Of a stretch of DNA of 64,000 nt, positions 18,748 to 27,787 are shown one piece after another. Location: the IMG/VR virus record IMGVR_UViG_3300047195_000798; one strand, 5' to 3'. How positions within the stretch are numbered: position 1 is the stretch's first letter; each line of letters opens with the position of its first letter. A program made the translations under genes and the position numbers. This DNA is from an uncultured virus (IMG/VR IMGVR_UViG_3300047195_000798) (lineage: Duplodnaviria > Heunggongvirae > Uroviricota > Caudoviricetes). A model generated the notes under the pieces. That model did no database searches. It was given only the letters and a program-made list of their open reading frames with translations, and had not been told where the DNA came from.

Positions 18748-19640
18748 GCCTATTTGAAGAGTTGGAGAAAAATGCAAGGAAGACCCTGGAAGACATCGGC
18801 AATCATGTGCCAATGATCTATATGAATAAGAAAGGGATCTTGATCTCTTACCTGTTGATATTCGATCAATACACGAAAGCGCAGGCGATGAGACATTTCA
18901 GGGAGATGGTCATGAAAGAGAACATCCCGATATACTGGACGGTCACCGAATCGTGGATATCGCAGACGCGGGGGATATTGCCGGAAGACGATGTGAACCG
19001 GAGGGAGATGCTGATCATATCAGAGTACGATGGAGAAACGATGGAAAACAGAAAGATTTTGCTGCCGTTCGAAAGGGAATTTGACGAAGAAGAACTTCTG
19101 GCCATGTCTGAAAGGCAGCGAGAACTGGCATTGAATGATGGATTTGAACTTCCAAAACTGACACAGGATGACTTAAAAGATCCAGAGATGAGGAATATAC
19201 TCCACAGAGTTAATCCAGATAAAAACTGGGCTGGAAAGATAGCATGGGGTCAGAAAGAGGCGTTCACCATTGGTCTCGATTCTGGAGAAATACATTGGGT
19301 GGATGGATGGGATTTCTATCGGGAAGACGTTTCTGCGGAGATAGATGAAAAGATGGAGAAGCAGAGAATCGAAGAACTCGTCAGAGAAATCCAGGAGATG
19401 GATCTGACGGAAGGACTCAGATTTGCCGAGCGGATGCGCGATGCAATAATGAGTGATGGCATCGAACTGCCACCGATACCGCCCGAAGATGTGATGCGGG
19501 AGATACTCATCGGAATGGCGGAGAGTGGGAGCCTGATAAAGATAGAAGGGCCTGTCGACATACACGAGGCAGTGAAACAAATGAAAGAGAGCGACCCGAA
19601 CATACCGGCGAGCCAGATACATGCAATGGGGGACGAATGA
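18744..19640 (+). CDS. Acidic hypothetical protein
   Basis: 298 aa, GGAGGGTGA RBS, ATGA overlap. Confidence 0.7.
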   Translation: MSLFEELEKNARKTLEDIGNHVPMIYMNKKGILISYLLIFDQYTKAQAMRHFREMVMKENIPIYWTVTESWISQTRGILPEDDVNRREMLIISEYDGETMENRKILLPFEREFDEEELLAMSERQRELALNDGFELPKLTQDDLKDPEMRNILHRVNPDKNWAGKIAWGQKEAFTIGLDSGEIHWVDGWDFYREDVSAEIDEKMEKQRIEELVREIQEMDLTEGLRFAERMRDAIMSDGIELPPIPPEDVMREILIGMAESGSLIKIEGPVDIHEAVKQMKESDPNIPASQIHAMGDE

Positions 19641-19758
19641 CGGAGACTCTAAAACATATTGCGAAATGCAAGATGTGTGGTAATGAAACCGAAGAAGAAG
19701 ATTTATCTGAAGATGGATTGTGTGATGCTTGTATAACTAAACGCTATGCGGAGGGTGA

Positions 19759-20067
19759 ATGATAGCTGAAAAAGAAAGTGCGGATAATATTATATATATC
19801 TGTGGAGACTGCTCAAAGATGCGAAAGCTGGATTGGCAAGACCATAACAAAGAAACAATCATAAGGAAAGACGATTTCGTAAAAACATTGTTGATGGAGG
19901 GAAATGAGCGGGAACACTGTTGGATAAAAGTGGTGGGGGTCAGCCAGGATGGAAAGATACTATGGGGTATATTGGACAACATCCCCATAGTACTCAAGAA
20001 ATATTCGCTGGGTTCTGCCGTAGTTGTCCAACGGGGCGAGATTGAAGACCACAAATCAACGGAGTAG
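19759..20067 (+). CDS. DUF2314/YegJ-like protein
   Basis: EHCWIKV...GILDNIP motif. Confidence 0.55.
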   Translation: MIAEKESADNIIYICGDCSKMRKLDWQDHNKETIIRKDDFVKTLLMEGNEREHCWIKVVGVSQDGKILWGILDNIPIVLKKYSLGSAVVVQRGEIEDHKSTE

Positions 20068-20072
20068 AAAAA

Positions 20073-20552
20073 ATGAAGAAAGAGAAAGATATTAAAAAAC
20101 TATTCAAGGAAGAATATGCAAGCTTGAGCGACCTATTAGAATCAATCCCCGGGGATATGTTGTTCTTCAAAAGGAACGTAGAGATACGGGAACGCAGGAC
20201 GGAGAATATGCATAATCTCCTTGTGATTATCTATCAGATGGTCACCAAAGAGAACGCAGGAACTCATTACAGCCAGAGGTGTGTGGCCTTCATGCGGGAA
20301 AGGGTCAGTGGGGTCATGCGTCTGGTCGATCAGGAACGATTGCGCAAAGAACTGGCAGAAATACTTGTGAAGCACCTGGAACCCAAAGCATTCATGGATG
20401 ATTACGTCATGACGCTGGATCCAATGGAGCTGCTCGAAGCATATGACCGAGCGGTCATAAAGGAGGGTAAGATAAAAGCAGTAGAGGGTTGCTACAAGTT
20501 CCTAATCTACGGCCAGAAGGGAAAACCGCAAGAGCTCATGGTAAGGCAATAA
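20073..20552 (+). CDS. Hypothetical protein
   Basis: Coupled ORF in operon. Confidence 0.6.
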   Translation: MKKEKDIKKLFKEEYASLSDLLESIPGDMLFFKRNVEIRERRTENMHNLLVIIYQMVTKENAGTHYSQRCVAFMRERVSGVMRLVDQERLRKELAEILVKHLEPKAFMDDYVMTLDPMELLEAYDRAVIKEGKIKAVEGCYKFLIYGQKGKPQELMVRQ

Positions 20553-20553
20553 G

Positions 20554-20907
20554 ATGAAAAAGAAATTATATTTGCAAGATATAGTCGATGGATCGATGAG
20601 AGGCGTCCTGTCTCTATTTACGGCAGAGATACAAGATGTATTCTCAAGCGACAAACTATCGGATGAGGTGAAAATAATCGAAGCAAAAAAAGTTATGCAA
20701 GAATGGATAGATGGCTGCAAACTCACTCCGGAAAAAGTCAAGACTGCTCCGAAAGAGCTTTCAGAGAGACTTATGCGGGGGGAAGTAGGCATCGAATACA
20801 TCTTAGAATGGATGGAAGAACAATCAGAGATTCCCGAGATGAAACCAACAAGAGAACTAATGGGAAGAACCATTGCCGATGATTTGAAAACAAAGATCCG
20901 AAAATAG
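20554..20907 (+). CDS. Hypothetical protein
   Basis: Coupled ORF in operon. Confidence 0.6.
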   Translation: MKKKLYLQDIVDGSMRGVLSLFTAEIQDVFSSDKLSDEVKIIEAKKVMQEWIDGCKLTPEKVKTAPKELSERLMRGEVGIEYILEWMEEQSEIPEMKPTRELMGRTIADDLKTKIRK

Positions 20908-20914
20908 TGGAGGT

Positions 20915-21439
20915 GTGGCTATGAAAGTAGCAATACAAAAGATATTTCTGGCTTCTCTCTTTGTAATGGTCTTTGTCTTTCTTGGAACAAGCGCTCTTAT
21001 AATAGGGACGGGCATGGACAAGATCCTTGCAATCCCATTTTTTGGAGGGATGCTGATATGTCTGGTTATTGTAATGTTATGGCGTCTGCCTGAAGAACAT
21101 TACACCCAGGAAACGACCATTCAGCAAGCTGAAACTGAAGCGAAACGAGGGGCAGTCAAAAGGTTCTTCTTTGGAAAGCCACGGACCTGCGAGATCTGCG
21201 GGAAGCCGACATTCGAAAGGGCACCATTATGCCCTGAAGATGAGAAGCAACTGACCTGCCCGAATTGTAATTCAACGAAGATGTATTATTGCAAGCCGAC
21301 ATGGCCATCAAAGGGCCAGTACAACTGTGCAGCTTGCGAGTTCCCGTACGCGACCTTCAATCTGTTCATATCCATAAAGAATGATGAGGCCGTGCAAAGA
21401 GTAAAGGAGAAGATGAACTATGACTCTATCAAATCTTGA
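20915..21439 (+). CDS. Two-TM protein with double zinc ribbon
   Basis: Two TM segments; CEIC, CPNC, CAAC. Confidence 0.65.
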   Translation: MAMKVAIQKIFLASLFVMVFVFLGTSALIIGTGMDKILAIPFFGGMLICLVIVMLWRLPEEHYTQETTIQQAETEAKRGAVKRFFFGKPRTCEICGKPTFERAPLCPEDEKQLTCPNCNSTKMYYCKPTWPSKGQYNCAACEFPYATFNLFISIKNDEAVQRVKEKMNYDSIKS

Positions 21440-21492
21440 AGAAAGACCACATAATGGAAATGACCATATGCAAAATATAAGAAATCGAGGAG

Positions 21493-22251
21493 TTGAGAAA
21501 AATGTCAAAACTAGGCGAACTATACATACCAACTGGAAAAGCTAGAGAGACAGCAGCGCAAGTTTTAGAGGTGAGCCATCCAATGGCGGTCAACATCGCC
21601 TATGGCTGCACGAACTGCTGCGCCTATCCATGCTACATTCCATATATCGAGCCTGGAAAGATGCGATTCCCAAAGATATCGCCACAAGTACAGATATTAA
21701 AACAATTGGATGAAATGAAGGAAAGACCTGAAGGGGTATTTCTCAGTTTCGCCACAGATCCATTCCTAAAAGAAAATTGGGAAGAAACGGTCAAAGTTCT
21801 GCATATGCTTACAATGGAACAGAATATTCCAGCGGCGACTCTTTCGAAGAAAGCAATGTCATCGTATAAAGGTGTGAGGCACGGGATGACCATTGTATCG
21901 CTAGATAACCAGTTCGCAGCAAAGTACGAGAAGAATGCAGCCATGCCAACTGAAAGATTGAATCTGCTGCGGATAGCAAATAGAAATGATGAATACACCT
22001 GGATAAGCATGGAACCATATCCCACGCCAGAAAAGGTACGTCAGAACATCTGTCACTTCTTGGAGGCACTGAACTTTGTCGATTTCATGATATTCGGGAA
22101 ATGGAACTATGATGCAACAACCAGCACACCAGAGGCAAAAGCATTCTATCAAGATGCAGTAGCGGAGTTCAGAGATTTCTGCAAGTCTCATGGCATCCGG
22201 CACTACGTCAAAAAGGAAACTTTAAATTTTATCCAGGAGAAAGTATCTTGA
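21493..22251 (+). CDS. Radical SAM protein, SPL/Rv2578c-like
   Basis: NIAYGCTNCCAYPCY; FLSFATDPF; TLSK; TWISMEP; FGKWNY. Confidence 0.8.
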   Translation: MRKMSKLGELYIPTGKARETAAQVLEVSHPMAVNIAYGCTNCCAYPCYIPYIEPGKMRFPKISPQVQILKQLDEMKERPEGVFLSFATDPFLKENWEETVKVLHMLTMEQNIPAATLSKKAMSSYKGVRHGMTIVSLDNQFAAKYEKNAAMPTERLNLLRIANRNDEYTWISMEPYPTPEKVRQNICHFLEALNFVDFMIFGKWNYDATTSTPEAKAFYQDAVAEFRDFCKSHGIRHYVKKETLNFIQEKVS

Positions 22252-22300
22252 GAAGACGGGAAAGGGATATAAACCAAAAATCAGATATCTGTCTCCAAGC

Positions 22301-23050
22301 ATGGAGAGAAAGGAAGAGCGCTTTATCGAGATAGATTTGCTCAGAGGAATCGCTATTGCATTGATGGTATGTTTTCATCTTCTGTGGGATTTGGATTATT
22401 ACGGACTGAATCCCCTTGACAAGCACATCTATTGGTACTCTCAAATATGTCCAGTGGTTTTCTTTTCGTTGGTTGGAATGTGTCTGGTACTTTCGGCACG
22501 GAACAAAACAACAAAACAGATAGTGCAGCGGGGGGCAATAATATTGGCGATAGGCTGCATCATATCGCTGATATCGATGCTTATAATTCCAGACAAGCCA
22601 GTATCATTTGGGGTGCTGCACTGCATCGGCCTGTCGATAATCATCGGCGCATTCTTTATGAAGATGAGAACGAAGACGCTTATCTGCATTGCAGTGCCGA
22701 TCATGGGGTTAGGTGCGTTCGTGAACAATTGGCATATGTCAGCACCGAATATCATACAGCTGGTAATCGGTATCCATCAAGCCGACCTGTCGAAGTTCAC
22801 GGTGGATTACTTTCCGATGCTCCCGTGGTTTGGCATCGTCCTGTTCGGGATGGCCTTGTGCGGCGTAATGTACAAAGACGGGAAGCGGCAGTTCCCATTC
22901 CCAGACTTGTCCAGATTCGTTCCGGTACAAATGATATCCTGGCTCGGAAAACACTCGCTGACGATATATTTGGCGCACCAGCCGATAATCGCAGGTACGC
23001 TCATCTATGTGGTACCATATGTGATGCCAATTGTGACAAAATACATCTGA
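22301..23050 (+). CDS. DUF1624 / HGSNAT-like membrane acyltransferase
   Basis: RFIEIDLLRGIAIALMVCFHLLWDL; FGVLHCIG; DYFPMLPW; LGKHSLTIYLAHQP. Confidence 0.9.
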   Translation: MERKEERFIEIDLLRGIAIALMVCFHLLWDLDYYGLNPLDKHIYWYSQICPVVFFSLVGMCLVLSARNKTTKQIVQRGAIILAIGCIISLISMLIIPDKPVSFGVLHCIGLSIIIGAFFMKMRTKTLICIAVPIMGLGAFVNNWHMSAPNIIQLVIGIHQADLSKFTVDYFPMLPWFGIVLFGMALCGVMYKDGKRQFPFPDLSRFVPVQMISWLGKHSLTIYLAHQPIIAGTLIYVVPYVMPIVTKYI

Positions 23051-23293
23051 GGAGAGAAACGTAATGAGTGATAAAGATAAAGAAACCAAGAGGGGAAAAG
23101 AAGAACGAAAACAGAGAAAAGAGCAGAGGAAACGAAAGGAGCAGGGATTGTAATGGTAAACTTCAGCAAGGATTTCAGGTTGAAGTTTTCCGAGATATTT
23201 TTGGAAAACGATTAAACCTTAAAAAAAACGAAACTCTTTAATACAAACGTACAGATACCTTTGGTAGCGTTATCGCAGGAGAGAAAAAGAAAA

Positions 23294-24727
23294 ATGAAAA
23301 AAAAGATAGTAGCAATAGGGGTTGTATTTTTATTGGCACAGATCGGGTTTCTTGACATCGCATCTGCTGCTTATCCGACTAAATACATCATCACCCCGAA
23401 AGATGGTGCAACTAATGTCAACTTGCAACCAAAAGTCAGAATCTGGGCAAACGATACGGATGGCGGTACTATTACGGTTGAATGGTATCGTAGTTATGAT
23501 GATAAAACATATATTCCCGGACAAACAAATTCCTCGGTCCCAGCCAATTCCATTGTCCAGTGGAACTACAGCCAGGCAACTTCTTACAACACTAAATACT
23601 ATTGGAAAGTACAGCTGACCGATAATACAAATAACAGCATGTTTTTTGGTGCATACACTTTCACGACCAAAGTAGCACCTCCGTCTCACATTCCAACTAC
23701 TTATCTTATCACCCCAAAGAATCAATCAATCAATGTCAACAAGAAGCCTAAATGCAGAATATGGGCCAACGATACCGCGGGTGGAACACTCACCGTAAAC
23801 TTTTATTCAAACTCGACAGGCAGCTGGATCAAAAGGCAGAAGAACTCCTCAGTCGTAGCCAACTCGATTGTCCAATGGAACTACAGCCAAGCATCTTACT
23901 ACAGCAAAAAATACTGGTGGAAGGTGACAATCTACGATGGTACGACAAACATCTCCCGGCTCTATTACTTCACAACCAAATCAGGACCGCACGTTCCAAC
24001 AACGTATCTTATCACTCCGAAGAACCAATCAACAAATCTCAATAAGAAACCTAACTGCAAAATATGGGCGAATGATTCCAATGGTGAAACATTGATAGTA
24101 AACTTCTACGAGAACTCAACAGGGGTCCCAGTGCCAGTATGGGCTCGTCGACAGAAGAACATCGTAGAACCAAATTCAAGAGTCCAATGGAACTTCAGCC
24201 AAGCATCTTCCTATAGTAAAAAATACTGGTGGAAGGTGACGATTTACGATGGCACAACAAATATCTCCCGGCTCTATTACTTCACAACCAAAGCAGAACC
24301 AGATACAGTAGTCTATGTCAACCCAGTTAGCAAAACCGTATTGCACACTGAAACATTTACGTTGAACATCTCAGGCATTCCAAAACAGCCGATAAAAGGA
24401 TATGAATTCAAAGTGTCGTTTGACCCATCGTTGCTGCAGGCAAATGCGGTCACAGAAGGAAACATTTTCGCTGGTTATGAAACATTTTTCAATGACGGAA
24501 TCATCAACAACACTGCAGGCACCATCATAAACATTTATGGAGTGATATTGGGGCTCCATAATGTAACTGCTCCAGGAAGTTTTGTCTCGATTTCATTCAC
24601 AGCAAAAACCACAAATGGGATATCAGCGATAGGACTGTCTGACGTAGGAGTGGTAAATGAATCAGTGTACGTCCCGATATCGGTTGGAAATGGAAGCGTA
24701 AGAGTAACTACAGCTGGTTCTCCATAA
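23294..24727 (+). CDS. Secreted surface protein: three ~100-aa tandem repeats plus C-terminal cohesin domain
   Basis: Signal peptide; three repeats PT.Y.ITPK...P.CRIWAND...QWNYSQA...KYWWKV; cohesin-like GYEFKVSFDPSLLQANAVTEG; about 20 N-x-S/T sequons. Confidence 0.85.
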   Translation: MKKKIVAIGVVFLLAQIGFLDIASAAYPTKYIITPKDGATNVNLQPKVRIWANDTDGGTITVEWYRSYDDKTYIPGQTNSSVPANSIVQWNYSQATSYNTKYYWKVQLTDNTNNSMFFGAYTFTTKVAPPSHIPTTYLITPKNQSINVNKKPKCRIWANDTAGGTLTVNFYSNSTGSWIKRQKNSSVVANSIVQWNYSQASYYSKKYWWKVTIYDGTTNISRLYYFTTKSGPHVPTTYLITPKNQSTNLNKKPNCKIWANDSNGETLIVNFYENSTGVPVPVWARRQKNIVEPNSRVQWNFSQASSYSKKYWWKVTIYDGTTNISRLYYFTTKAEPDTVVYVNPVSKTVLHTETFTLNISGIPKQPIKGYEFKVSFDPSLLQANAVTEGNIFAGYETFFNDGIINNTAGTIINIYGVILGLHNVTAPGSFVSISFTAKTTNGISAIGLSDVGVVNESVYVPISVGNGSVRVTTAGSP

Positions 24728-24740
24728 GGGGGACGACGGC

Positions 24741-24762
24741 TTCTTTCTCTTTTTTCTTTTTT
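24741..24762 (+). terminator. Archaeal oligo(T) terminator
   Basis: TTCTTTCTCTTTTTTCTTTTTT directly after the stop codon. Confidence 0.55.
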
Positions 24763-24828
24763 GAAAAATGATTTATAGTCCATAGTTTATTCATAGTTTG
24801 AAACTAATAGTATACATAGGAGATATAC

Positions 24829-25068
24829 ATGGATGAAACTAAAAACATACATAAAATATATCTGAAACTAGGGGTAATCGTCAGTGGGACTGTTGACGAC
24901 ATTGAACGTTTTTTAGCAGACATCAACTCTCATAAAAATCTCAAAGTGATCTATACAAAAACATCTCCCTACAGATTGAGGATCGAGGAAGACATGCCAC
25001 AGGATTACTATCCTGATGACAAAAGTATTGCTGGAAAAGGAAACAAGAAGGAACGGGGGGTACGATAA
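24829..25068 (+). CDS. Small hypothetical protein heading the plus-strand glycan operon
   Basis: AGGAG RBS; upstream CATAGTTT direct repeats (24781, 24792). Confidence 0.6.
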   Translation: MDETKNIHKIYLKLGVIVSGTVDDIERFLADINSHKNLKVIYTKTSPYRLRIEEDMPQDYYPDDKSIAGKGNKKERGVR

Positions 25069-26054
25069 TTACCATATGTATAACGGGATCGGCGGGATTC
25101 ATCGGTTCACACTTAGCCAGAAAACTGGAAGAGAACATGAGAACCAGGTTAATCTTGACTGATAACTTTTCCAGGGGGAAGCAATCGTATTTAGATTATC
25201 TCGGAGTAAAGACGCATTGCGATGAACTGGATCTCAGAAACTACGACTCAGCCAAGATAATAACTAAGAACGCGGACATAGTTTATCATACGGCTTGCAG
25301 GATAGGCGGCATGCAGTTCTTGCATGGTTCTCCAGATGCAGAACTAAGGGCGTTGCAGGAAAACTTGATCATAGATACAAATGTATTTAGAGCATGCATC
25401 GAGAATAAGGTAAAGAAAATCATTTACACATCAAGCATATCGATATACAACACAACAAGGCAATTGGAGGATTATGCGGTGTTCAGAGAAGATGACTTCG
25501 AATCCGATAGGTACGAACCAGAAGGTGGATACGGGGCTAGCAAAGCAATGGCTGAAAAACAACTTAATTACATGTCGAAGATGGGGATACAGACCGGCAT
25601 CGCCCGCATTTTCAAATCGTATGGGCCGTGCGACGACCACAGCGAACAATCGGGGCAGGTGGTGTGTTCCCTGTTCAGGAAGGCTCTGACGCAGGATAAG
25701 CTCGTTGTTTGGGGCTCGGGCGAAGTGAAGAGATGCCTGCTTTATATAGACGATCTTATCGATGGGTTGATCAGATTGGCAAAATGGGACGGTTCGCTCA
25801 CCGTAAACCTGGGGGCCAGCAAGCCGACATCGATACGAACGCTCGCAGAAAAGGTAGCGGAGATGGTAGGAGAAACGACAGGAACGAAGATACCTGTCGT
25901 ATTTGATACATCGAAGCCGGAAGGCCCGATGAGCCGAATACCGGATCTGACGAAAGCGAAGGAGCTGCTCGGGTGGGAACCGACGACATCATTGAATGAA
26001 GGATTGAAAAAGACATATATTTTCATGAAAGGAGATGGAAAAAAAGGGGAGTAA
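25065..26054 (+). CDS. NAD-dependent epimerase/dehydratase (GDP-mannose 3,5-epimerase-like), non-AUG start
   Basis: ITGSAGFIGSHL lies upstream of the first ATG (25137); ACRIGGM; TSS; YGASK; VVWGSG. Confidence 0.9.
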   Translation: MITICITGSAGFIGSHLARKLEENMRTRLILTDNFSRGKQSYLDYLGVKTHCDELDLRNYDSAKIITKNADIVYHTACRIGGMQFLHGSPDAELRALQENLIIDTNVFRACIENKVKKIIYTSSISIYNTTRQLEDYAVFREDDFESDRYEPEGGYGASKAMAEKQLNYMSKMGIQTGIARIFKSYGPCDDHSEQSGQVVCSLFRKALTQDKLVVWGSGEVKRCLLYIDDLIDGLIRLAKWDGSLTVNLGASKPTSIRTLAEKVAEMVGETTGTKIPVVFDTSKPEGPMSRIPDLTKAKELLGWEPTTSLNEGLKKTYIFMKGDGKKGE

Positions 26055-26059
26055 GTCAA

Positions 26060-26650
26060 GTGCATGAAATAATCATCAACGAAAGGGCAACAGTATTGGA
26101 GAGGATGGCTGCTGCAGCAATCAATTCATTATCGGGGGCAACCATGCATCTCTTTCCGAACCTGTTTGTGCGCCCATCGACGTTGTTCGTGAAAGGATTG
26201 AACAGGATAAATCTGGTAGTTGTCGAAATAGGAACCGACAAAGGGTACAATGCCAAAACGATATTGGACAATCTCAATGTCAAGAGGATGTATCTGATCG
26301 ACCCGTATCTAGAGACCGGACTGCAGGGCTCAGATGTCGCAATGATGCTCGCAAAAAGGAGGCTCTATTATTATCGGAACAAGATACGGTTCGTAAAGGA
26401 GAAATCAGAGAACGCTATTGACCTCATTCCAAAAGGAATAGATTTCCTGTATATCGATGGGTATCATGCGAAGAGACAGGTAGCAAAGGAATTGCGGATG
26501 TTTTATCCGAAGATGAATCCGGGTGGAGTGATGGCGGGACATGATTTTGTTGCCACACACATAGATTTAGCTGAGGCAGTAATCGAGTTCAAACAAAAAT
26601 ACAATCTGAAATTGTACGGAAGGAGTTACGATTGGTGGTTTATCGTATAG
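26060..26650 (+). CDS. Class I SAM methyltransferase (Methyltransf_24-like), paralog 1
   Basis: VEIGTDKG; IDPY; DFLYIDGYH; GGVMAGHD; DWW. Confidence 0.85.
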   Translation: MHEIIINERATVLERMAAAAINSLSGATMHLFPNLFVRPSTLFVKGLNRINLVVVEIGTDKGYNAKTILDNLNVKRMYLIDPYLETGLQGSDVAMMLAKRRLYYYRNKIRFVKEKSENAIDLIPKGIDFLYIDGYHAKRQVAKELRMFYPKMNPGGVMAGHDFVATHIDLAEAVIEFKQKYNLKLYGRSYDWWFIV

Positions 26651-26677
26651 CGCATTGAAAGGAGAAGGGGAACGAAG

Positions 26678-27043
26678 ATGGAAAACAAGCAATGGAGTGA
26701 CCGTTCGATATTGAAGGACTATAGGAACACATGCAAGAACCATGAACACCAGATGGAAACGAACGAACTGACATTCTTCGGTTTCCCGGAACAGCCGGAC
26801 TTCGGCCACATAACGATAGACATCGAACCGAAAGAGAAGATGGTCGACCTGAAATCGGTGAAGAAGTATCTGTTGCAGTTCAGGAACATGGGGATTTCTT
26901 ACGAGAGGCTGTTGAATACAGTGTTCGAGGACTTCATAACGGTATTTGAGCCTGCGAATCTGACAATCATCTTAAAGATGAACCCGCGTGGCGGAATCGG
27001 TTCGACATTGAGAAAATCGACAAAGGACAAGGAATTGGAATGA
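26678..27043 (+). CDS. QueF-like T-fold protein lacking the catalytic Cys
   Basis: ELTFFGFPEQPDF...VDLKSVKKYL..FRN..ISYE...PRGGI; the canonical CPxTGQPDF cysteine is absent. Confidence 0.8.
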   Translation: MENKQWSDRSILKDYRNTCKNHEHQMETNELTFFGFPEQPDFGHITIDIEPKEKMVDLKSVKKYLLQFRNMGISYERLLNTVFEDFITVFEPANLTIILKMNPRGGIGSTLRKSTKDKELE

Positions 27044-27642
27044 CGTTGTTCGGAAAGATGTTCATCAACGCGATGCAGCTCGCATCAGGCCTTGCAGTGC
27101 ATATATTTCCAAGGCTGTACATTCGCCCTTCTACACAGTTCGTGAAGAAGCACACCAGGGGGATGATGCTAACGGTCGTCGAACTGGGGACGGACCGTGG
27201 TTACAATGCTCGTTCTATCCTCGACAATCTCAATGTTGAGAACATCTATCTCGTAGATCCATATTTGTCGAAAGAGAAGATAGGGAAGCATACGGGGTTC
27301 GGGTTTGTGAGAACCGGTTCGGAGCTGGCATTCAAAGAAGCGCAAAGGCAGGTGAAGAAACATAGTGAGAAGGTGCTTTTCATCAGGAAGTTATCGACAG
27401 AAGCAATCGACGAAATTCCTGACGATATCGACTTCCTTTACATTGACGCCGTCCATGAGAAAGAGTGGGTTGAAAAGGAATTGGAACTCTACTATCCAAA
27501 GATGAAAAAAGGTGGTGTAATTGGCGGGCATGATGCATATGCGGACTTCATCGGAGTTATGCAGGCGGCAATAGAATTCGCAAACAAGAAAGGATTGGAA
27601 CTTCAGGGAAAAGATGTCGATTGGTGGTTTGTTGTAAAATGA
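27040..27642 (+). CDS. Class I SAM methyltransferase (Methyltransf_24-like), paralog 2
   Basis: VELGTDRG; VDPY; DFLYIDAVH; GGVIGGHD; DWW. Confidence 0.85.
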   Translation: MTLFGKMFINAMQLASGLAVHIFPRLYIRPSTQFVKKHTRGMMLTVVELGTDRGYNARSILDNLNVENIYLVDPYLSKEKIGKHTGFGFVRTGSELAFKEAQRQVKKHSEKVLFIRKLSTEAIDEIPDDIDFLYIDAVHEKEWVEKELELYYPKMKKGGVIGGHDAYADFIGVMQAAIEFANKKGLELQGKDVDWWFVVK

Positions 27643-27787
27643 CAAGACTGTGCATAATACATAAGTGGGACAATGATGAACGAGTTTGGGACAACAAACG
27701 AAAGTGCAAAGTGTGTGGCAAGGTCCAGCAGTATAGACTTACGGGGAGTGAAGGAGATTTTGGCTGGGTAACTGTAAGAGGAAAAAA

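Noticed and set aside
23870..24292. Diversity-generating retroelement TR/VR pair (also considered for the GT paralog repeat)
   Set aside because: No reverse transcriptase in the window. The differences are mostly synonymous and not adenine-specific, and both copies lie within coding repeats.
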